64,000 nt of DNA, taken from assembly GCF_009914755.1 (NCBI RefSeq), contig NC_060928.1; one strand, given 5' to 3'. Source of the DNA: the human T2T-CHM13v2.0 reference genome, Homo sapiens. Position 1 is the stretch's first letter. Each line of letters begins with the position of its first letter. The notes under the pieces were generated by a model, which was not told where the DNA came from, did not search any database, and saw only the letters and a program-made list of their open reading frames with translations. Of the stretch, positions 33,327 to 47,236 are shown in pieces. The translations under genes and the position numbers were made by a program.

Positions 33327-33845
33327 ACAATGAGAACACATGGACACAGGAAGGGGAACATCACACTCTGGGGCCTGTTATGGGGTGGGGGGAGGGGGGA
33401 GGGATAGCATTGGGAGATATACCTAATGCTAGATGACGAGTTAGTGGGTGCAGCGCACCAGCATGGCACATGTATACAAATGTAACTAACCTGCACATTG
33501 TGCACATGTACCCTAAAACTTAAAGTATAATAATAAAAAAAGTCAATAAAAAAAATAAATTCCATTTCTCTTATGGCAAAAAAAAAATTACATATGTTAT
33601 TCAGCTTGATTTAGCCTTTCCATTAAAAGTATTTCTGGATTTTAGATAAATATAGCAAAGTATAATCTATAGAATATTCAAATTTGCTGAAAATTTGATA
33701 AAACAAAATACATTCATATTTTATTTTAATACCCAAATTTAGATATTAGAAGGAGTCTAGTACTCAGTCCTTTTCATTTCATATTTCCAAAAGTACATTA
33801 TGGTAATAGCTCTCCAGTTGTGATGATCATGAACCGTGGTTTAAA

Positions 33846-33851
<6 letters not shown>

Positions 33852-33879
<28 letters not shown>
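33852..33879. repeat. (AC)n microsatellite
   Basis: About 14 AC units seen directly. Confidence 0.95.
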
Positions 33880-33883
<4 letters not shown>

Positions 33884-34614
33884 GAATTCAACCAAGAAAC
33901 TATGTAACAGAGGACGAAAAAGATATTGGAACTACAACTACTAGTAGGGGATGTTGAAATGATGCCAGTTCACAAGATTTTGCTCATTTCTTGAATACAA
34001 TTCCAAAATCAATCAATATCAAAATGAACACAAATGACAGCAGATAATTCAGACTCTTGAAGAAAATGTCATACCCCATAGATCTTGGTTAAGTAATCCT
34101 TTACTGCTAATGATGGCCAGCCATGTTCTCTTAATTTTTTTTTCCATGTTCTCTTAATTAATCTTTATCCCATTCTACCATTTCTTTATCCTTTTCCTAA
34201 TTTCTTTATTCATACTTTGCTTTCCCTATGTTTTCAGTCTGTAAAAATCTTTAGGTGAGCACAGTTTCTTCTGTTTTCCTTCTGTTTGAGCCATTGACTG
34301 AAGCTGAAGTTCCTATAGCAATGAAGATCCTCAAATAAAAATAAAATTTATTGTTATAAGAAAAATTCTGTTTATCAAGCTATTGTTAAGCATGTGCCAA
34401 GTCCTTTAGAAAATTCTAGCTAATTGACCACTGTGCCATTATAAATATTACTTTTTTAAAAGATTAATTCCTATAAGTAATTCTAGAAGGTTCTAGCAAA
34501 TATTGCTTATTCTGCCTTCAACCACCCATAACAATTAATATGGACAAAGACACTAACATGTCTCACAAGTGCTGTCTCCTAACACGATATTTAATTTCCT
34601 GTAGGCAAGGATAT

Positions 34615-35014
34615 TATTATAGTTTGGATGCTCTGTCCCCTCCAAATCTCATGTTGAAAGATAACCTCCAATGTTGGAGGTGGGCCTAATGGCAGGTGTT
34701 TGGGTCATGGGGGGCAGGTCTTTCATGGATGGGTTGGTACTGCTACTGTGGTAATGAGTGAGTTTTTACCCTATGAGTTCATGTAAAATCTGATTGTTTA
34801 AAGAACTTGGCATCTCCCTTGCTCCCTCTTGTCATGTGATATGCCAGCTCCCCTTTTGCCTTTTGCAATGACCATAAATTTCCTGATGCCTCATCAGAAG
34901 CTGAGCAGATGCTGGTGCCATGTTTGTACATCCTGCAGAACTGTCAGCCAAATAAACCTCTTTGGGTTACTCAGTCAGTCATTCCTTTATAGCAATGCAA
35001 AATGGACTAACTCA
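34615..35014 (+). mobile_element. MSTB-like MaLR solo LTR
   Basis: atagtttggatgctctgtcccctccaaatctcatgttgaaa...ggactaactca; TSD gatat (34610-34614 / 35015-35019). Confidence 0.9.
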
Positions 35015-36474
35015 GATATATTTAGTATGGCCTATGGACTCTAGCTCTTCTCTAAGATCTTTGCATTTGAAATGTAAATTCTTATTAAATCCAACAGATA
35101 ACACTTCAGAAATTATCAGAACATGGAATATATTGTTCAGAGAGTGGAGTAAGAAGACGTTTAAATGGCACAACAACCAGGGAATAGACAAAGCCTAGAA
35201 AAGTTTATCATAACATATCGGCTTTCTCGAGAAATGACTGCTTTTCAGAGCTTTTCTTCTTTTTAATCAATACATTTTTTATTAAACGTTGTCTTTGTTT
35301 TCCAAAGCTGGTTCCTTAGCAACAGCTTCAAGGACTCCTTCAGTAAAAACAGCCATTTTTAGATTCGGGTCAGTAGTAAAAATTCCTGGTTTTGGTCAAG
35401 AATACCATGAATCCACACAGTTTTGGATATACTTAAAGTGAGATAAATGAGAAGATTCTAGAGCATACATTTTGGATGAATGATGTAAAGAAATTTAAAT
35501 GGTTTGAGGTGTGGATTAACTTGTGAATGTCTGGATATTTCATAAATTTATGTTGAATTTTCAAACTTCTGACATTCAAACGTCATTAATCATGACATTT
35601 ATTGCAGCCATTAGTGTCTCATTCAGGGCTGGCCCACATGAAAAGTAATCTGATTTCCTGATTTACTGATGAAAATCTCTTTGTTACTCAATAGGATAAA
35701 TTATTTGTGCTCTGAGTGTTTCTATTTAGACACTATATTATTGTCTCATAAAACGATGTGATGGAACAGTTACTGCCAAAAACAGCATAAAATAAGCAAC
35801 TGTTAGGTTTTATGTGCACACAATTAGAAAGTGATTCCATTACAAGTTAATTACAGAGATTAATTCCTATTTAGAATCTGTCACAGAGGTCAAATACATA
35901 AATTTTATTCTTAGAGTTTACCTGGAGAGATAATAATGAATTTCAAGTAATTTGTTACAAACTTTATTTTTAAAAACTTTGGGAGTGCTCAAGTGTTGTG
36001 TGCTTTGCAAAAGTAAAGCACTAATTTCAAGTCTTTCCCAGGGTATAAATGCTTCCACTAACCACAGGGATTGTACCAAAAGTCACTGCATATAAACCCC
36101 TCTTTGAGACTTGTGTGTCTGCAAATAGGTCGTTACATATAACAAGCAACGTCATTGGTTTCCTCTCATGGAGAACAGGTATTCTTTAAAAAAGCAGCAA
36201 AGTCTAATTGGAAAAAATAAATTTCAGCTGTGATTGTTCTGACCTTGCCCTACTCTGGTGGTCTTGAGCTTGGTCCTGTTTAAGCTTGGCTCTGCTCTGG
36301 GTATACCTTGACCTTGGTTCTTTTTGAGGAATAAACTGACCAGGAGTAAACAAAGTGTCGATTCTCTTCTACTCTAGACTTGGACCATTTCAACAAGACA
36401 TGAAAATAGAATAGTTCATTTCTTGAAATACATTTATTTATTAAAACCACACATTTTCATAAAGAAAATATATC

Positions 36475-36933
36475 TGTAGACAAATAATTGTCTCCGAAAG
36501 ATGTTCACGTACTAATGTCCAGAATCTAGAAATATGTTACATAGCAAAGGAGAATTAGGGTAGCAAATAGAATTATGGTTGTTAATCAGCTGGTATCCTG
36601 GACCATCTGAGTGGGCCCAAAGTAATCACAAGTGTCCTTGAATGGGAATAGGAGGGCAAAAGTGTCAGTGGTGGAGTGCTGTGATGTGAGAAAGTCTCGA
36701 CTGGCCATTGCTGGCTTGGAAGATGAAAGAAAATCACAGTCAAGGACCTTTCAAAACTGGAAAAGGAAAGGAGATAGATTCTTCCTAGAGCCTCCAGAAA
36801 GAACATGATGCTGACATTTGATTTGAGCCCAAGGAGATCCACTTTGGGCTCCAGAACTCTAAGAAAATAAATGTGAATTGTTTTAAGACAATGTATGCAA
36901 TAATTTGTAGTAACAGCAATAGAAACGAAGACA
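36475..36933 (+). mobile_element. MLT1D-like MaLR solo LTR
   Basis: aaagatgttcacgtactaat...gggcccaaagtaatcacaag...cctagagcctccagaaagaac...acagcaatagaaac. Confidence 0.85.
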
Positions 36934-37694
36934 GTGATGAATAGGAGAGCTAAGACAGTTCTAAGGAGAAAAAACATTACAGAAGCTCCTCTATTTGAAT
37001 TTTGAAAGATTGGTTGCAAGTCCATTTGTTCATTAAGTTCAAAATTACGGAAACTACCACCAGTGCCATCAGTTGAGTGGTGACAGGGGTGATATCCTTT
37101 GTTCTCAGACAGAACTTTATTCTTATCTATGAAATTTTGTAAACTGAAAGATTGAAAATAGAGGTGCTTTTTAATGTTACAAACAATAGTCCTTTGCCTG
37201 GAGCAATACTTCCTATGTTGTACTTGTCTCAGACTAAAGAAATTGTGCTCAGAATTGGGCATATTCTTTATCTCCATTTCTGAGCTTGCTATGCTCACAG
37301 GATTTGACTCTGAAAACAGCTCCATCATCTTCCCCAAGGGCTCAACCAAGCCTCTCCTATTCCACTGGAGCCACTACATGCAAAGAAGGCACTGACTGCT
37401 AGCCTAAATGCTTTTCAGGTTATTTCATGTTATGATTTTATTTAAAATAGTAAAATAAAATTAAAAGTATTTCTTTCTAACTCAGCCCACGCCCCCCCCA
37501 AAAAAATATATTGGCCAACGTCCTAATTCCCTAGCCTCTAACCACCTTAAGCTTCTACTTCATGTGTTTATAGAACTGCAGCTTTCTTGACCTTTCCAAT
37601 TATTCAGTTTTTATTGACCTTTGCCCTTCACAATCTTACCAAGAATTTCTTGGTTGGGCAGCTGTTGTTAGCTTCTATAATTCTAACCATATCT

Positions 37695-37975
37695 ATACAC
37701 TCATTTATTCTATATATTTAGTGCCTACTGTTTGCCAAGCATTATTCTGAGTCCTGCAGTTGCAATATGAATAAGAATGATAAAATCCTTGCCCTTATGA
37801 AATGTTTATGTTCTAATGGAAATGGGGGACGATAGAAAATAAACAAATAAACATGTACCTACATATATACATACATAAAGGATTGTGATTTCAGGTGGTG
37901 ATACTTGGTGTAAGTGAAATCAAACCATGGGAACCAGAGTGATGTAGAGGAGATTACTTTAGCTAAGATGGTATC
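37695..37975 (-). mobile_element. L2 3' end
   Basis: tcatttattctatatatttagtgcctactgtttgccaagca...aatccttgcccttatgaa. Confidence 0.7.
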
Positions 37976-38059
37976 ATAATTATTCTGAATTTTTAAAATA
38001 TATATTGTATTTCATCATTTCTTACTTTCTGCTGTCCCATATTTCCAGATAATTAGAAA

Positions 38060-38830
38060 TGAGGACTAAGCTCCGATTTTTTATCTTACCCAAATTCCTA
38101 CCTAAGGGGTCTAGGGAGTCATGCTCTATAAACCAGGAATTCTCATCAGATGGGTTTTATTTGATCCTATATATTGTGACATACTTTTCAATCTGACTCT
38201 GGCATAACATTATGAAACAAGGAAAAAAATATTTAACCCCAAAATACATTTCCTTGACATACCTTGAAATTGCCCTGCAAAGTCTCTTGGGGGAAAAGTC
38301 CATATTCTATAGAGAATCCCCTTCCCCCTTTGTTTTCCTTCTTTCCTTCCCAGATCCAGGAGACAATCAACTAAGAGCCAGGCACCCTTTCAAGTTCGAT
38401 AAAAAACAATTTACAACCTGCTCTTCTCTAAAGTCTGCTATCTAAAAGCTTATCTGCACAATGAAACTTGGTCTCCACAATCCTTTATGTTTACCCTGAA
38501 CATTCCTTTCTATCAATCCTAGGCCTTTAGACAAACTCAACCAATTGTCAACCAGAAAATGTTTAAATTTACCTATAGCCTGGAAGTCCACCCCCCACCC
38601 ACCCCAGTTTGAGTCGTTCCGCCTTCCCAAACCAAACCAATGGATTTCTTAATAGTATTTTATTGATGTCTCTTGCCTTCCTAAAATATATAAAATCAAG
38701 CTGTACCCTACACTTTGGGCACATGTTCTCAGAACCTCCCGAAAGCTGTGTCATGAGCCATGATCACTCATATTTAGTGCAGAATAAATCTTTTCAAATA
38801 TTTTATAGAGATTGACTCTTTTCATCAACA
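38060..38830 (+). mobile_element. MER4E-like ERV1 solo LTR
   Basis: tgaggactaagctccgattttttatcttacccaaattcc...cagaataaatc...ttttcatcaaca; 771 bp; flanks gaaa / gaga. Confidence 0.88.
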
Positions 38831-39999
38831 GAGAATATATATATATAAACTGGCATTTTAGGTGAAAATAATGATTAGATTGCATATACTAATGCACACA
38901 AACAGAAACACACAAATCTTCACTAACCATCAACCACTAAAGCAGTCACTTACACTACCTTAGATTTTACAATTCTGTTAATTTTTATTACACCTATTCT
39001 CTTTTTATCGACTTAAAAACCATCCCTACCCTTTTAAACAAGAAAACTTTGTAACACATCTTATAGAAGGAATAACTCAAACTCAAGTACCCATCCAGTG
39101 GAAAAATAACCATTGAAATAAAATCAAAATATATAAACACAAGTTGTTAAATTAAGTTTGAAATATTGAAAATTAGCCAGACTGTCACTCACACAATAGC
39201 ACCTGTATAAGAATATAATAATAATTTAATAATTTAATAAAGAAAGTCCACCCACATGGGAAAAGCAATTTGGCCAACTTTGATTAAAAATGGATTAACT
39301 TTTTACAAATTAGCATTTATGAATAAATGACACTTTTATGCAAAAGCATTCTCCATAGACAAAATATGCTGATTTTATACATCATACAAACAACCAAAAC
39401 TAAAAATTGAAAAGAAAAATTCATCACAGATTAAAAAGCTATCTCTTCTTGTGCATTTAAAATATAATTTGATTTTTTAAATCTAAATTTATGCTTTTAA
39501 AACAAATATGCTATTAACAAAAGTCATAAAAAACAACATGTATGATATATACATATATAACAATGTATACAAAGTATGATACACTAAAATATTAATGACT
39601 TTTCTTTGAAGTCTTAAGTTTACTGTTAATGACAGATTCAGAAATAGCTTTCTAAACTATAAACAGCCAGAGAAGTGTCATTGCTCTATTAACCTGTTCT
39701 ATATTGTCTTTTCTGCCACTCAAGAGCTAGCCTAAATGTAAACTGGGTACATTGCACATATTTTGGGTTATATATGTGAAATATTTTTAAACAAATATTC
39801 TTTCAAAAGACAATAAAATTGTTTACATGTACTTCTGTGTGTTTTATGAAGTAAATATTAGCAATAATAGGCTTCATAGCTAGCTATTTAAATGTAAAAA
39901 ATATCTTGCCATTTGCCATTAGGCCATTTAAAAGAAAAAGAAAAAGTTTCTAGTCATGCTGTAAAATTTGGGATGGATGCCTTGAAAATACCTAAGGTA

Positions 40000-40200
40000 G
40001 AATTAGATCTTTTAGAAATGGAACAAAGTCTAAAAATCATTTAGCCTCTATCCACACGTTATAGATGAGGAAACTGGTTTACAGATATGTTAAGGGTTTT
40101 GATTCAAGTAATTCAAGTAATTAGTGACATCATGTGATTAACTTCATGACCCAAACTCTGAGCCTGGGTCTTTTCCAACTTCATCATATTTTGCTGTACT
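40000..40200. mobile_element. MIR3/MIR fragment
   Basis: tatagatgaggaaactgg core, preceded by aaatcatttagcc. Confidence 0.6.
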
Positions 40201-40205
40201 CATTG

Positions 40206-40995
40206 TGAAACAGGAGAGTTCCCTGACCCCCACTTGCAGAACATGCAACAGGGGTGTGGCTCTCTGTTCAGCCACCACAAGCTCAAACCCCTTACGGGAC
40301 GGGAAGCACGCAGATGGGCAGGTGCAGGAAATGAGGGGAGCTCTTTTGGGCTCTGGCCCCACAGCAGCATCTAAGGGTAGGAGTCTGAGACTCCCAAAGC
40401 CCAAGTGGGTGTGTGTTACAGTGCACTCTTTTAGCCTTGCCATCCATGGATGGCTTAAGGGTTAACCAGCTCAGTGGACCCTCTGCCTTTTTGCAAGGGC
40501 AGGGGACGATTGTGCCAGCTTTCTGTATCCCAAGATCTTGTCCAGCATCCCAGAAGACTCAGGTCACACACGGACTTGAAGGATGAATATGGGGGTTTTA
40601 TTGAGTGGTGGAGGTGGCTCTCAGCAGGCTGGATGGGGAGCTGGACAGGGAATGGAGTGGGAAAATGATCTTCCCCTGGAGTTTGGCCATCCAGCAGCTA
40701 ATTCTCCGACTGTCCCCAGCCAAACTCCTCCTAACATTCCTTTTCTTCTCATCCTCTCTGCCACACCATTCTGTTGTTTGTCTGTTCGTCTCCTCATCTG
40801 CTTCTGGAGCCTGGGGTTTGGGATTTATATGGGCATAAGATAGGGGGCATGGTGGGCCAAAAGGCAACTTTTTGGCTGCGAAAATAGAAATGCCTGTTCT
40901 TACTTGGGTCTGTGGGTATCCAGGCTTAAGGGTGGGGCCTTTGCCAGGGAACCACTCTCTTCTACCTAGTATTTCCCTGTCTCCTGTCCATATCA
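40206..40995 (-). mobile_element. LTR1-family ERV1 solo LTR
   Basis: Minus strand begins tgatatggacaggagacagggaaatactaggtagaagag...ggcaaaggccccaccc; perfect TSD attg (40202-40205 / 40996-40999). Confidence 0.88.
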
Positions 40996-41295
40996 ATTGG
41001 AAATCTCTTACCTGTTCGTTATAATTTATCAAACTAAACTTTCAAAAAAAAAAGAAATGCATTTTTAATTTTTCATATAGTTAGCATTACTCAACATTTC
41101 AAGAATACCAGTAATTTATTAAAATTCCACTAACTTTACTGAAGAGCTAATAATGTGATTTAATTTCCTGAGTTCAAAGAAAGATTTTGATGCAGCAAAA
41201 TATATGTTCTCTAGTCTTGGTTCTCTACACACTTAACAGTTCTTGTTAGGGCTATGGATTTAGGAATTTCTATTAAAAGATTTTTTTCAAAGCAA

Positions 41296-41535
41296 GTCGA
41301 ATACCACATGTTCTCACTTACAAGTGGGAGCTAAATAATGTATACATTGACATAGAGGATGGAATAATAGATGTGGAGACTTGGTGGGGGGAAGGGATGA
41401 GAAATTACTTAATGGGTATAATACCCATTAATAATACACTATTCAGGTGGTGGTTACAGACTTCACCACTATACAATGTATTCATGTAACAAAACTGAAC
41501 TTGTACCCCTTAAATTGATGCAATAAATTTTTAAA
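41296..41535 (+). mobile_element. L1PB4-like 3' fragment
   Basis: aataccacatgttctcacttacaagtgggagctaaata...gacttcaccactatacaa...catgtaacaaaactg. Confidence 0.85.
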
Positions 41536-41766
41536 GAGATTTTTGTGTAAAGCAAATCTTAGTATCCACAAGATACTAAGAGCTCCCCTCTGTTTCTCCT
41601 CATCTTACTTTCTCCCTCAAAATGATTTTCATCTTTCAGTTGTGATACAAAGTAGCATATATTAGTGGTAATAAATCATAATTTTCGGGGGAAGTATCTA
41701 CTTCTGTAATGAAAAACTATCAAAAGACTTAATGGACTGTTTCAATCAGCTTTAGGTCATTAAAAC

Positions 41767-41962
41767 CAGAGGTTTCTTCAAAGATGGTTTATAGACTATT
41801 TACTCCAGAATTACCTAGGGCTCTTGTTGAAATGGGAAATCTGGGTTCAATTGTAATCCTACTGAACTTAACTTTTAGAGGTGAGGCCCCCAGTTCTACA
41901 TTTTTAACAAGAACTCCAAAAAATTTTTCTCGCACAAAACTATTGAAGTTTTTGAAGACAGT
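41767..41962. mobile_element. MER5A-like hAT MITE
   Basis: cagaattacctagggctcttgttgaaatg...ctactgaac...ctacatttttaacaag. Confidence 0.6.
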
Positions 41963-42043
41963 GACAGCATGTTTGTCTTAGATATTCATTGTTCATTTAA
42001 AAATGTCTAGTATATAGTCCCAAACTAGTATTTAATTAATTAA

Positions 42044-42466
<423 letters not shown>

Positions 42467-43176
42467 TAATGTCACATATATCCCATCCTAATTCAGGAAT
42501 CCTCCAGACTATGCCCATGTATCTGTTTATAGGCCCATTTTGAGTACCTATGATATGCAAAAACTCCACCAGCTGGAGACATGCTTCTCATTTGATCTTC
42601 AAAGCATCTCACCCCATACTAGTTTTTTCAAATGAAATAATTGAGATTTGTTCATGCGTTAAAGAACTTGATTACATTCTGCACCTAAACAATGATGCTA
42701 AGACTAGACATCAATTATATTTGAACTTCAGTTTAAGTATTTTTCCTCTAACTTTGCTACTTCTCTCACTCTTATAAATTGCTTTTTGTATCTCTGATAT
42801 ATATGCACATTTAAATGTATTTATTTCTCCATAGATGGAAAATCTTAAGAACTATAATTTATAAATTTAAATATTTACAATATTAAAAGATATTATGGTA
42901 TATATTAACATGTTCTCTTATATTAATATATATAATTCATACTTATAGTTTCAATAAACCTAAAATTAGCACATTGGAAAGTATAGTTCTTTAAACTGAT
43001 GTTAAGATAACTATATTAACATCTTTACAAGACAACTTCTGAGCATAACATTATTCACGATTAAACAAAATATTTTTCCTTAAAAAATAAAAGGAGGCTT
43101 CACAGTTTGTGAAAATAATGCATATTGCTCTGTGTTCAAAAACTGTTCCTTACATCTTGTTTATTACTTTGCATAT

Positions 43177-43611
43177 TGTATTAGTTTCCTAGGGCTACAA
43201 TAACAAAACACCACAAACTGAGTAGATTAGAACAACAGAAACATGCTGTTTTGCAGTTCTGGAAGCTTGAAATCAAGATGTCAGCAGGGCCACGCTCGCT
43301 CTGAAACCTGTAGGGGAGTCCTACTTTGTCTCTGTCTAGCATCTGGGTAATTCTTGACTTGGATCTGTGCAAGTCCAGTCTCTGCCTTCATCCCGGTGTG
43401 GTGCTCTCCTTGTGTGTGTTTGTGTGTTCCCATGATCATCTTCTCAAAAAGACACCAGTATACTGGATTAGGAGCCCACTCTATTCCACTATGACCTCAT
43501 CTTAACTAATTACAAAGTTCCAAATAGGGACACATTCTGAGGTACTTGGAGTTATGATTACAACATATATTTTTCTTTTGTGAGGGAGGGATTACAAGTC
43601 AACCCAAAATA
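43177..43611 (-). mobile_element. MLT1C-like MaLR solo LTR
   Basis: tgtattagtttcctagggct...atgacctcatcttaactaattaca; flanks catat / cacat. Confidence 0.88.
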
Positions 43612-44068
43612 CACATGAAAAAGCAACTGCAACAACAGCAACTCCAATGGCAATTCCAGCGATGGTTTTCCAATGCCATTTTTGATGATTCTTGAGAAAC
43701 ATGTTTTAGTCATTACTATTCTTAGTAATTGCTTCTACTTTCACTTGACTAAATTCATTAGCAGCACACAGGGCAAGTATTTGCATGCACTTGATGCTAT
43801 ATTTGAAATCCAACAGAAATGACAAGTTCTTATATTTTTTTAAAAAAACTTCTGTTTAATCAGTGGCATACTTAGAGATAAGTCAATGTTTTAATTAGCT
43901 AAAAAAGACTCTTCCTATTATATTTCAACACCTAATCAAATAAGTGGCCAAGAACTATAAGTACAATTTTCATGAGGACAAATTCATTTTTAAAGTGATA
44001 ATGCCTATGTATTTTTCCTTTTATAAAAGAAATTTGAACCAAATATGTGAATATGGAGAGTGATAAAA

Positions 44069-44380
<312 letters not shown>

Positions 44381-44734
44381 ACAGTGAAAGAAGGCTTTAA
44401 TTCTAATCATCTCATTTAACTGTTCCACATGCATCCTCTCCCCAGCCAGACTGACCTATGTGTTGCCATAATTGCTATTCCTATTACCACATTTCTTTCC
44501 AACTATGCTCCGCCAAAAATGTACTTTTTAGCCTCCATTCCCTCTATTCTTCCTTTTCTTCAAGGCGCAGTTTAAATGACATCTTCAGCATGAACATGTC
44601 TACTTCGAGAATCATCCTCCTCCTAAACCTGCACCACAATAATAGTCACAGTACTCAGAAATGGTACATGTAGATTTCTGGAAATATTTATGCTTCTTCA
44701 TGCCAAGGTTTAGTGTGCTTGAGATTCCAGTAAC

Positions 44735-44950
44735 AGCACTGTGGTTAAGAACACAGGCTCTGCAATTAGACAAACTTTTCTATTTCATGATTGACTTGTG
44801 TGGCAATGGCCAAATTACTTAATCTCTTCAAGTTTGTTTGCTCTTATACAAAATGGAGATAATAAAGTAATTAATGTTTTAAGGCTAATCTAACAAATAC
44901 TGCACATGCTGTTGATGCTAAAACGTGCTAACTTGAAACTGTTGGGCATA
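44735..44950 (+). mobile_element. MIR
   Basis: cagcactgtggttaagaacacaggctctg...caaattacttaatctc...aaaatggagataata. Confidence 0.75.
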
Positions 44951-44966
44951 TACATTCATACAAATA

Positions 44967-45015
44967 TTAGGTTGGTGCAAAAGTAATCGTGGATTTTGCT
45001 TTTGCACCAACCTAA
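44967..45015. mobile_element. Internally deleted MADE1 (Hsmar1 mariner MITE)
   Basis: ttaggttggtgcaaaagtaat...cttttgcaccaacctaa flanked by TA (44965-44966 / 45016-45017). Confidence 0.92.
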
Positions 45016-45482
45016 TATTTATTTAATCTCTGTTAAATAATTGCACAAACTATTAATATCATATATAATTTTCTTTACCACAAAACGTCCATGTTAAAAA
45101 ATTACAAATTTAACTTATTTTCATTTATTCATTGAATAAATGTTTCTCTCCTTTTTAATAAACCAATGGGTAAAAGACACAATGGAGGAAGAACCAAAAA
45201 AATGAATGAATTCACTAGAATTCTGTTACTGTACTTTACTTGACAATAGGTTTTTTTAAGTGTTGGAAATGATGAGGAAAGTAATGTTAATAGGGAGTTT
45301 CCTCATGTAGCAGATCATTACAGCACGTTCTCAATATGAGCTTCTGTGTTAGTCCAGGTGATACTTGTAAATTTGTGCAGAAACGTTTTTAATATCAGTG
45401 TAAAGGAGCTATAAAGGAAATATTTATGAAGCATTTCTGGGGAAAGTTATCAGCGATGGAAAGAATGTAAGCTAGCAGGAAA

Positions 45483-45605
45483 TAGAGTATAGTGGAAAGA
45501 GAAATGAATTTAGACTCAGCATTGGAGCTAAACCGCCACTTAAAAGCTGCCTGACTCCAGTAAATGGTACCTCTTCTCTGGACCTCATTCTTCATCTGTA
45601 ACACT
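45483..45605 (+). mobile_element. MIR fragment
   Basis: gtatagtggaaagag...ctctggacctcattcttcatctgtaa. Confidence 0.6.
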
Positions 45606-45870
45606 GAATTTAATCACCATGGCAAATATATGACATTCAGTGTTCTGACCTATAAAATGTCTTTAGAAACCACCACTTATGCCTTTTAACACCCTTCCTT
45701 CTGAACCAGGACCTAGCTTTAGCATTTTTTAAAATATTGTACTTCAGACAGACTCTATTTTTTTTATTATTGTTAGATGTTACAAAGTGTTAATTTTATT
45801 AGCTGCCCTAATTATGGATAAAGTATAATGGTTTTATTACTTTTCAAATTCGATATTTTTATTAGAAATA

Positions 45871-46211
45871 CAGTCATGTGTCACTTAACGATGGGGATAT
45901 GTTCTGAGAAATGCATCCTTGGGTGATTTCCTCATCTTGTGAATATTAGACTGCACTTCTGCAAACCTAGGTGGCATAATCTACTACACACCTAGGCTAA
46001 ATGGTATAGCCTATTCCTCCTAGGTTACAAACCTGTATAGCATGTGACTCTACTGAATGCTATAGGCAACTGGAACACAATGGTCTCTGTGTATTTAAGC
46101 ATATCTAAACATAGATAGGGTAAAGTAAAAATATGGTATTATAATTTTACTGGACCACAGTCGCATATGTGGTATGTTGCTGACCATAGGTCATCACGTG
46201 GCACATGACTG
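45871..46211. mobile_element. Tigger3a (MER7A) TcMar MITE
   Basis: TIRs cagtcatgtg / cacatgactg with TA TSDs; internal ctactacacacctaggct motif. Confidence 0.92.
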
Positions 46212-46754
46212 TATGCTAAAATTGCACTATTATAATATGACTTTAGATTTCTGGTGTGAATACCGACGTTATAAAATGTTTTGCATTTAAAACTCCATAA
46301 AATATCCATTATCAGAAAATAACTTTGGATATAATTTTTATGTGCTGCTTTTAAAATAAGAGGTACAGCATGATACAATATTAATGTATGAATTCAACCA
46401 CTGACAGTGAGTGCTTTCTCTTTCTCTCATTACAAAACTCCAACTGACAGGTACACTTTCATCACAACTCAGCTTAAGATATAACTTCTCCATGAAGCTT
46501 TTAAAGATTAAGCCAAGTAAAAAATTTTAAAGATCAGAAAGTGTGTAATAAGATAACAGAAGACAGACCACACAATTAGAAGACATGAAATCTCAGATTC
46601 AATAAGAGTAAACTTAACTCTATGCTCTTTACAAAAGACATACCTAATACAAAAAAAATGACAAAAATCTAAGAATAACATGATAGTTTTTGATACCAGC
46701 ACTTTGGCTGACAAGGTATATTAAGTGATTATTTAACCGAAACCACTTACCAAT

Positions 46755-47177
46755 TGATATAGTTTGGATGTGTGTCCCCTCCAAATCTCATGTTGAAATA
46801 TAAACCTCAGTGTTAGAGGTGAGGCCTGGTGGGACATGATGGAATCATGGGGGCAGATTTCTCATTAATGGCTTAGCATCATCACCCTTGGTTCTGTCCT
46901 CGTGATAGGGAGTGAGTTGTTCTGCGATCTGGTTGTTTAAAAATATGTAAAACCTCTCTGCTCACTCTATTGTGTGCTCCAGCCATGGGGTGTGCCTGCT
47001 CCCCCTTCACCTTCTGCCATGATTGTAAGTTTCATGAGGCCTCCCCAGAAGCCAAATAGATGCCAGCATCATGCTTCCTATGCTGCCTGCAGAGCCATGA
47101 GCCAATCAAACCTCTTTTCTTTATAAAGTACCCAGCCTCAAGTATTTTTAATAGCAATGTGAGGACAGACTAATATG
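46755..47177 (+). mobile_element. MSTA-like MaLR solo LTR
   Basis: tgatatagtttggatgtgtgtcccctccaaatctcatg...ccatgattgtaagtttc...acagactaata. Confidence 0.9.
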
Positions 47178-47234
47178 CCATGTTGGATACAATTTAGGAA
47201 AGCATATTTTTAAATCTTTCCATGTGATATCAAA

Positions 47235-47236
47235 AT

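Noticed and set aside
33382-33403. G-quadruplex-capable G-tract
   Set aside because: Standard L1PA 3'UTR polypurine tract.
36582-37349. 255-aa minus-strand ORF, the longest non-L1 ORF
   Set aside because: Nearly half is antisense MLT1D LTR, it has no recognisable domain, and its F/L/S-rich composition is typical of chance ORFs in AT-rich DNA.
41557-41581. Perfect 10-bp hairpin tcttagtatc-cacaa-gatactaaga (similar one at 55370-55399)
   Set aside because: Short inverted repeats arise by chance or local template switching in AT-rich DNA; no terminator or ncRNA context.
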